Made by a program: the position numbers and the translations under genes | Notes under the pieces: model-generated | What the model saw: only the letters and a program-made list of their open reading frames with translations | Told to the model about the DNA's origin: nothing | Databases searched by the model: none | In this document: one piece after another, positions 58,682 to 64,000 of the stretch | Layout: each line of letters begins with the position of its first letter | Numbering within the stretch: position 1 is the first letter of the stretch | DNA from: Ideonella sp. | GTDB taxonomy: Bacteria; Pseudomonadota; Gammaproteobacteria; Burkholderiales; Burkholderiaceae_C | DNA length: 64,000 bases | Assembly (NCBI GenBank): GCA_043720415.1 | Contig: JAYSSS010000085.1 | Span: 27,866 to 91,865, forward strand | Reading direction: 5' to 3'

Positions 58682-59794
58682 TCAATATTCAAGCGGAAGG
58701 TTGATGCGCTTGCCGTCGCGCGCCGAGCGGTACATGGCGATCAGCAGCTCCAACGATTTCAGGCCCTCGCGGCCGTCGGTCTCGGGCTCGCACTCGCCGC
58801 GCAGGGTGCGGATGACGTTGTCGTAGTACAGCGGGTGGCCGTGGCCGTAGACCGAGGTGGTTTGGTAGCTGGCCTCATCGAGTTGCGCGTCCATGGCGTG
58901 CGGCTGGCTGAACTGCCAGTGTTCGATCTTGTTCACCGCCACGCCGCCGATGCGCACCGTGCCGTGCTCGCCCAGGAGGGTGATCGAGCCCTCAAAGTTC
59001 TTCGGGTGCGCCAGCATGGTGACGTTGACCGAGCCCATCGCGCCATTGCGCCAGCGCAGCGCGGCCACGCCGGTGTCTTCAACCTCGATGTCGCGCGCCA
59101 AGGTGCCGGTGTAGGCCATCACGCTCTCCACCGGCCCGACCATCCAGTCGAGCAGGTCGACATAGTGGCTGGCCTGGTTCATGAAGGCGCCGCCATCAAA
59201 TTCCCAAGTGCCGCGCCAGGCGGCCGAGTCGTAATAGCTCTGCGGCCGTGACCAGAAGACATTGACCGTGACCATGTAGATGCGGCCAAAGCGCCCGGCC
59301 TGTATCGCCTGGCGCAGCAACTGCAGGGTGCGGTTGCGGCGGTTTTGCTTGACGACAAAGAGCCGCACGCCGGCCTCGTCGCAGGCCTTGACCATGGCCA
59401 GGCCATCGGCCCAGCGCGTGGCCATGGGCTTCTCGGTCATGACATGCAGGCCGGCCTGGGCAGCGTCCATGGCCTGCTGCGGGTGCAGGCCGCTGGGCGT
59501 GGCCAGGACGATGCAATCGGCACGGCGGGCATTGGCCCCCTGGCCATCAGCGGCCGCGCCATCGGCCATGCCGGCCAGCAGCGCCACATAACTTTCATAG
59601 CACACGACATCCGAATTGCCGGTGCGCGACCGTGCGGCGGCCAAGGCCTCGGCGTCGCTGTCGCACAGCGCCACCAGCTCGGCACGGTCACCGTGCTGGG
59701 CCAGGGCGTCGATGTGGTTCATGGCGATGCGGCCGCAGCCCAGCACCGCAAAGCGCAGCTTGCGATCGGTGACAGGCGTTCGTTTGGCGTGCAT
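58682..59794 (-). CDS. wbpB: UDP-GlcNAcA 3-dehydrogenase (WbpB/WlbA, Gfo/Idh/MocA)
   Basis: [42 protein letters not shown]. Confidence 0.9.
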   Translation of the reverse strand: MHAKRTPVTDRKLRFAVLGCGRIAMNHIDALAQHGDRAELVALCDSDAEALAAARSRTGNSDVVCYESYVALLAGMADGAAADGQGANARRADCIVLATPSGLHPQQAMDAAQAGLHVMTEKPMATRWADGLAMVKACDEAGVRLFVVKQNRRNRTLQLLRQAIQAGRFGRIYMVTVNVFWSRPQSYYDSAAWRGTWEFDGGAFMNQASHYVDLLDWMVGPVESVMAYTGTLARDIEVEDTGVAALRWRNGAMGSVNVTMLAHPKNFEGSITLLGEHGTVRIGGVAVNKIEHWQFSQPHAMDAQLDEASYQTTSVYGHGHPLYYDNVIRTLRGECEPETDGREGLKSLELLIAMYRSARDGKRINLPLEY

Positions 59795-59797
59795 GGC

Positions 59798-60358
59798 TCA
59801 GCTGGTGGGGTCGATGCCGTCGAAGACTTGGCTCATGGAGATGTGGCCCTTGACGCAGGGCAGCGCCAGCGTCTCGTTCAGGCTCATGTCATCGAGCACC
59901 CATTGGTTTTGATCATTGCGGCGAAAGGCCTCGACCCGGCGGTTGTCGGGATCGATCAGCACATATTCCTGCAGCGAATCAAGGCGCCGGTAGAGCGCGA
60001 ATTTCTGGCTGCGGTCATAGGCCTGGGTGCTGGGTGAAAGCACTTCGATCACCAACTTCGGCGCGCGAAAAATCATGTCCGTGGCGAGATCGGCCTGGTC
60101 GCAGGTGACGAAGACATCGGGGTACAGGATCGTGTCCTCACCAATTTGAACCTTCATGCCTTCGGCGAAGACCTGACACGGCGAGCCTTCGATCCGATTG
60201 CCCAGTTGTCGAACCAGATTGGCAACCACCCGGCCATGCTCACGTCGGCCACCGACCATCAAAAACACCTCACCTCGGTGGTACTCGTGCTTGTCGGCGT
60301 GGGCGTTCTCCCACTCCAGAAACGCGGTCAAACTCATCAGTTGCAGTGGCAAACCCAT
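59798..60358 (-). CDS. Uma2 family (PD-D/ExK) putative endonuclease
   Basis: KHEY..G, YPDVFV, P.LVIEVLSPST..YDR..K...Y, LQEYVLID. Confidence 0.9.
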   Translation of the reverse strand: MGLPLQLMSLTAFLEWENAHADKHEYHRGEVFLMVGGRREHGRVVANLVRQLGNRIEGSPCQVFAEGMKVQIGEDTILYPDVFVTCDQADLATDMIFRAPKLVIEVLSPSTQAYDRSQKFALYRRLDSLQEYVLIDPDNRRVEAFRRNDQNQWVLDDMSLNETLALPCVKGHISMSQVFDGIDPTS

Positions 60359-60563
60359 GGCGATCACCTCCAGTGCGATTGTGGCCGATGCACCAGCGCG
60401 GGCGCTGCTCTGAAACCAGCGCGGGCGCTGCCCAGAAACCAGCGCAAGCACTGCCTGATGCGCGCGGCACAGCTCGATCACAGGCCCCGGTCTCGTCTTG
60501 CCCCCTGCCTACAATTCGCGCCCCCAGCAGCCCACCGGCCGCGCGCCCTGCGCCCGCCCCGCC

Positions 60564-62087
60564 ATGACCCAAGACAGCCCGCCCCAAGACGACGACAACA
60601 AGCTGATGGCCGAGCGGCGCGACAAGCTCTCGGCCCTGCGCCGCAGCGCCCCGGGCGGGGTCGCCTTCCCCAACGACTTCAAGCCCACGCACCACGCCGC
60701 CGAGCTGCAGGCCAAGTACGGCGAGATGGAAAACGCCGAGCTCGAACCACTGGCGATCCAGGTCGCGCTGGCCGGCCGCATGATGCTCAAGCGGGTGATG
60801 GGCAAGGCCAGTTTTGCCACGCTGCAAGACGGCTCCTTCGGCAAGACGCATGGCCGCATCCAGCTCTTCATCACCAAGGATGGCCTGGACGACGCCACCT
60901 ACGAAGCCTTCAGGCATTGGGATCTGGGCGACATCATCGGCGCCCAGGGCACGCTGTTTCGCACCCGCACGGGCGAGCTGTCGCTGCGCGTGAGCACGCT
61001 GCGCATGCTGACCAAAAGCCTGCGGCCGCTGCCCGACAAGTTTCACGGCATGGCCGACCAGGAGCAAAAGTACCGCCAGCGTTACGTGGACCTGATCACC
61101 GACGACGACGCCCGGGCGCGCTTTGTGGCGCGCAGCAAGATGGTGAGTGCGATCCGCAGCTTCATGGTCGAGCACGCGTTTTTGGAAGTCGAAACGCCGA
61201 TGCTGCACCCCATCCCGGGTGGGGCCAATGCCAAGCCCTTCGTCACCCACCACAACGCGCTCGATCAGCAGATGTTCCTGCGCATCGCGCCCGAGCTGTA
61301 TTTGAAGCGCCTGCTGGTGGGCGGTTTTGAGCGCGTGTTCGAGATCAACCGCAGCTTTCGCAATGAAGGCATCTCGGTGCGGCACAACCCCGAATTCACC
61401 ATGATGGAGTTCTATGCGGCCTACTGGAATTACCACGACCTGATGGACTTCACCGAGGCCCTGCTGCGCCACGCCGCGCGCATGGCCACGGGCTCAGCGC
61501 AACTCAGCTACGCCGGCAAGCCAGTCGAGCTGGACAAGCCCTTCGCGCGGCTGTCGGTGCGCGAATCGCTCGTGGTGCATGCGGGCCTGAGCGATGCCGA
61601 ATCGACAGACGCTGCAGTCATAGCAGGCAAACTGCGCGCGCGCGGCGTTGAGGTGCCCTCGCACTGGGGTCTGGCGGCGCTGCAGTTCGGCCTGTTCGAG
61701 GCCGTGGTCGAGGCGCAGTTGTGGCAGCCCACCTTCATCGTCGATTACCCGGTGGAGGTTTCACCTCTGGCCCGCGCCTCGGACACCCAGCCCACCATCA
61801 CCGAGCGCTTTGAGCTCTTCATCACCGGGCGCGAATATGCCAATGGCTTCTCCGAGCTGAACGACGCCGAGGACCAGGCCGCGCGCTTTCAATCGCAGGT
61901 GGCCAACAAGGACGCCGGCGACGAGGAAGCGATGTACTACGACGCCGATTTCATCCGCGCGCTGGAAGTGGGCATGCCACCGGCCGGTGGCTGCGGCGTG
62001 GGCCTGGACCGGCTGGTGATGCTGCTCACCGACAGCCCCAGCATCCGCGATGTCATCCTCTTCCCGGCCTTGCGCCGCGAGGCCTAA
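60564..62087 (+). CDS. lysS: Lysine--tRNA ligase (class II)
   Basis: [53 protein letters not shown]. Confidence 0.98.
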   Translation: MTQDSPPQDDDNKLMAERRDKLSALRRSAPGGVAFPNDFKPTHHAAELQAKYGEMENAELEPLAIQVALAGRMMLKRVMGKASFATLQDGSFGKTHGRIQLFITKDGLDDATYEAFRHWDLGDIIGAQGTLFRTRTGELSLRVSTLRMLTKSLRPLPDKFHGMADQEQKYRQRYVDLITDDDARARFVARSKMVSAIRSFMVEHAFLEVETPMLHPIPGGANAKPFVTHHNALDQQMFLRIAPELYLKRLLVGGFERVFEINRSFRNEGISVRHNPEFTMMEFYAAYWNYHDLMDFTEALLRHAARMATGSAQLSYAGKPVELDKPFARLSVRESLVVHAGLSDAESTDAAVIAGKLRARGVEVPSHWGLAALQFGLFEAVVEAQLWQPTFIVDYPVEVSPLARASDTQPTITERFELFITGREYANGFSELNDAEDQAARFQSQVANKDAGDEEAMYYDADFIRALEVGMPPAGGCGVGLDRLVMLLTDSPSIRDVILFPALRREA

Positions 62088-62170
62088 CCGGTTTATACAG
62101 GCGCCGCAGCGGCCAGAGCCCAGGTGCCCGTGCCGGGTACCCGGCGATGGCCACCCGGCGCCCTGCACTT

Positions 62171-62959
62171 TCAGCGGTGCTTGAACGCCGGCTTGCGCTT
62201 CTGCAGAAACGCTGAGGTGCCCTCGGCCTTGTCTTCGGTGCCAAACAGCGCATGGAACAGGCGCCGCTCGACCATCACGCCATCAGCCAGCGTGCCCTCA
62301 TAGGCGCGGTTCACGCATTCCTTGGCGGCCAGCAGGCTGGGCACTCCCAGCTCGCAGATGATGGCCGCGGCGGCCAAGGCCTCGTCCATCAGCTTGTCCA
62401 GGGCCACCACGCGCGACACCAGACCGGCGCGCTCGGCCTCGGCGGCGTCCATCATGCGGCCGGTGAGCACCATGTCCATGGCCTTGGCCTTGCTCACCGC
62501 ACGTGGCAGGCGCTGCGTGCCGCCGGCACCCGGGATGAGGCCGAGCTTGATCTCGGGCTGGCCGAAGCGGGCGTTGTCGGCGGCGATGACGATGTCGCAC
62601 ATCATGGCCAGCTCGCAGCCGCCGCCCAGGGCAAAGCCGGCGACGGCACCGATCACCGGCTTGCGCACCGAGCGGATGTGTTCCCAGTTGCGCGTGATCA
62701 GGTCGGATTTGTAGGCACTGGCAAAGTCATGGCCAGCGAGCTGGCTGATGTCGGCGCCGGCGGCAAAGGCCTTCTCACTGCCGGTGAGCACGATGCAGCC
62801 TATGGCCTCGTCGGCATCAAAGGCCTTGAGCGCCACGCCTAACTCATCCATCAAGGTGTCGCTCAAGGCATTGAGCTGCTTGGGCCGGTTCAGGCGGATC
62901 AAGCCCGTGCGGCGTTCGCCGCTGCCGTGCATCTCGGTGAGCAGGGTTTCGAAATTCAT
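62171..62959 (-). CDS. Enoyl-CoA hydratase
   Basis: LNRPKQLNAL, AFAAGADI, ALGGGCEL, FGQPEI, GGTQRL. Confidence 0.94.
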   Translation of the reverse strand: MNFETLLTEMHGSGERRTGLIRLNRPKQLNALSDTLMDELGVALKAFDADEAIGCIVLTGSEKAFAAGADISQLAGHDFASAYKSDLITRNWEHIRSVRKPVIGAVAGFALGGGCELAMMCDIVIAADNARFGQPEIKLGLIPGAGGTQRLPRAVSKAKAMDMVLTGRMMDAAEAERAGLVSRVVALDKLMDEALAAAAIICELGVPSLLAAKECVNRAYEGTLADGVMVERRLFHALFGTEDKAEGTSAFLQKRKPAFKHR

Positions 62960-63096
62960 GCTGGATTCCTTGAAATGGCGCGCGGTGTGGCGCCTTGGGA
63001 CAATCTGGAGTGCAAACCCTTGGCTATCGGGGCAAACTCGCGGTAGTCTATGCAACGGTCATGAATTGCTAAATTCGCAGTCTCGACCGGCACCCC

Positions 63097-63576
63097 ATGC
63101 CCACAATCTACCGCAAGACCATCAAAGGTCGCACCGAGATCGACACCCGTGAACACCGGCTGCCGCCGCGTTTGCGCTCGGCCTTGATCATGGTCGACGG
63201 CGTGCGCAACGACTCCGATCTGGCCAAGCTCATCGCCTCGTCGGACGAAGTCCTGGACGCACTCGCCGAGCAGGGCTTCATCGAAGCCGTGGTGTCAGCA
63301 CCTGCGGCGGCACCCCACGCGCCGCCATCAAGCGCCGCCAAGCCGGCGACACCGGTCATCGTCACGCGCACGGATGACTTTGTCACCCGTCGGCGTGATG
63401 CGGTCCGGGCCTTGAGCGACGCCGTCGGCCCTTCCAGTGAAGGCCTGGCGGTGTTGATCGAAAAAGCCAAGGACGAGATGACCCTGCGCCCGCTGCTGGT
63501 CATGGCGCGCGAGTCGATTCGCAACATCCGTGGGCAAGCGCCCGCGGCGCAGTTCACGGCCAAATTCCTGAGCTGA
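63097..63576 (+). CDS. Hypothetical protein (winged-helix-like N-terminus)
   Basis: IYRKT.KG..EI..R...L.PRLRS.LIMVDG..L...GFI pattern; normal codon usage. Confidence 0.7.
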   Translation: MPTIYRKTIKGRTEIDTREHRLPPRLRSALIMVDGVRNDSDLAKLIASSDEVLDALAEQGFIEAVVSAPAAAPHAPPSSAAKPATPVIVTRTDDFVTRRRDAVRALSDAVGPSSEGLAVLIEKAKDEMTLRPLLVMARESIRNIRGQAPAAQFTAKFLS

Positions 63577-63669
63577 TGGGCAGCTTGGAATGGCGGCTTG
63601 GACTGGCAGCTTGATGAGCGCCGCCTTGGCGCTGGCGGCCGCAGACTCGGCCCCGTCTGCCTTGGAGCT

Positions 63670-64000
63670 TCAGCGATTTGCCTGCAAGGGCGGCTTGTCC
63701 AGCATCAGGTCGACATAGGTCGTCTCATCCTGTCGAATCAGGATGCGCACCGGCAGGTATTGCAGGCTGGGCGCGAACCAGATCTCGGCCGTCATCTCGC
63801 CGCCTTTGGCCTCGCGCCGTGGTTTGACGTAATAGGTCTCGACCTGGCCAAAGGGCAGATGCAGTTGCTGCACCTCTTTGACGTCATAGGTCCAGCGATC
63901 AAATCGGCGGTTGATGGCCAGCGGGATGTCGATGGAGTTGCCCACCCGCAGCAGCTGCGGCTGGGTGGTGAACAGCCAGGTCAGCTGCACGAATTGGCTG
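63670..64000 (-). CDS. DUF3108-like protein, C-terminal part (5' end off window)
   Basis: EIWFAPSLQYLPVRI, YVDLML. Confidence 0.7.
   Translation of the reverse strand, partial: SQFVQLTWLFTTQPQLLRVGNSIDIPLAINRRFDRWTYDVKEVQQLHLPFGQVETYYVKPRREAKGGEMTAEIWFAPSLQYLPVRILIRQDETTYVDLMLDKPPLQANR

Noticed and set aside
58573-58692. Arg/Ser-rich N-terminal extension of WbpD
   Set aside because: It is a translation of the intergenic microsatellite from a weak TTG; homology begins at ATG 58572.
59798-60358. Uma2 gene as part of a defence system
   Set aside because: Solitary, common family with no partner genes.
1-64000. tRNA/rRNA genes, integrases, prophage genes, reverse transcriptases
   Set aside because: None recognised; nearly all sequence is accounted for by the listed CDSs.

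Overview
GC-rich betaproteobacterial (Burkholderiales-like, inferred from gene content) chromosomal window dominated by a ~46 kb cell-surface island between ivd and lysS. It encodes a 3295-aa RTX/S-layer-like protein, a type I secretion operon (two PrtD-type ABC genes, HlyD, TolC, cyclophilin lipoprotein, wzm/wzt, GNAT, PIG-L), two glycan gene sets (one Bordetella wlb/Pseudomonas wbp-like), and a FecR / CHASE2-cyclase / TPR-barrel / Crp signalling module. The flanks carry two tandem S8 proteases, a BVMO, an APH-like kinase, aceK, can, a vapBC pair, lysS and an enoyl-CoA hydratase. Best novelty candidates: (1) a RuvC-less, apparently domesticated TnpB (WED/REC only) that is the first, translationally coupled gene of the T1SS operon and sits behind a perfect 12-bp inverted repeat straddling its promoter; (2) a catalytically degenerate CHASE2 cyclase paired with a Crp lacking the cNMP-binding Arg, with class II CRP boxes in front of the giant surface protein gene and the sensor operon. 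All family assignments come from motif recognition by eye, not database searches.
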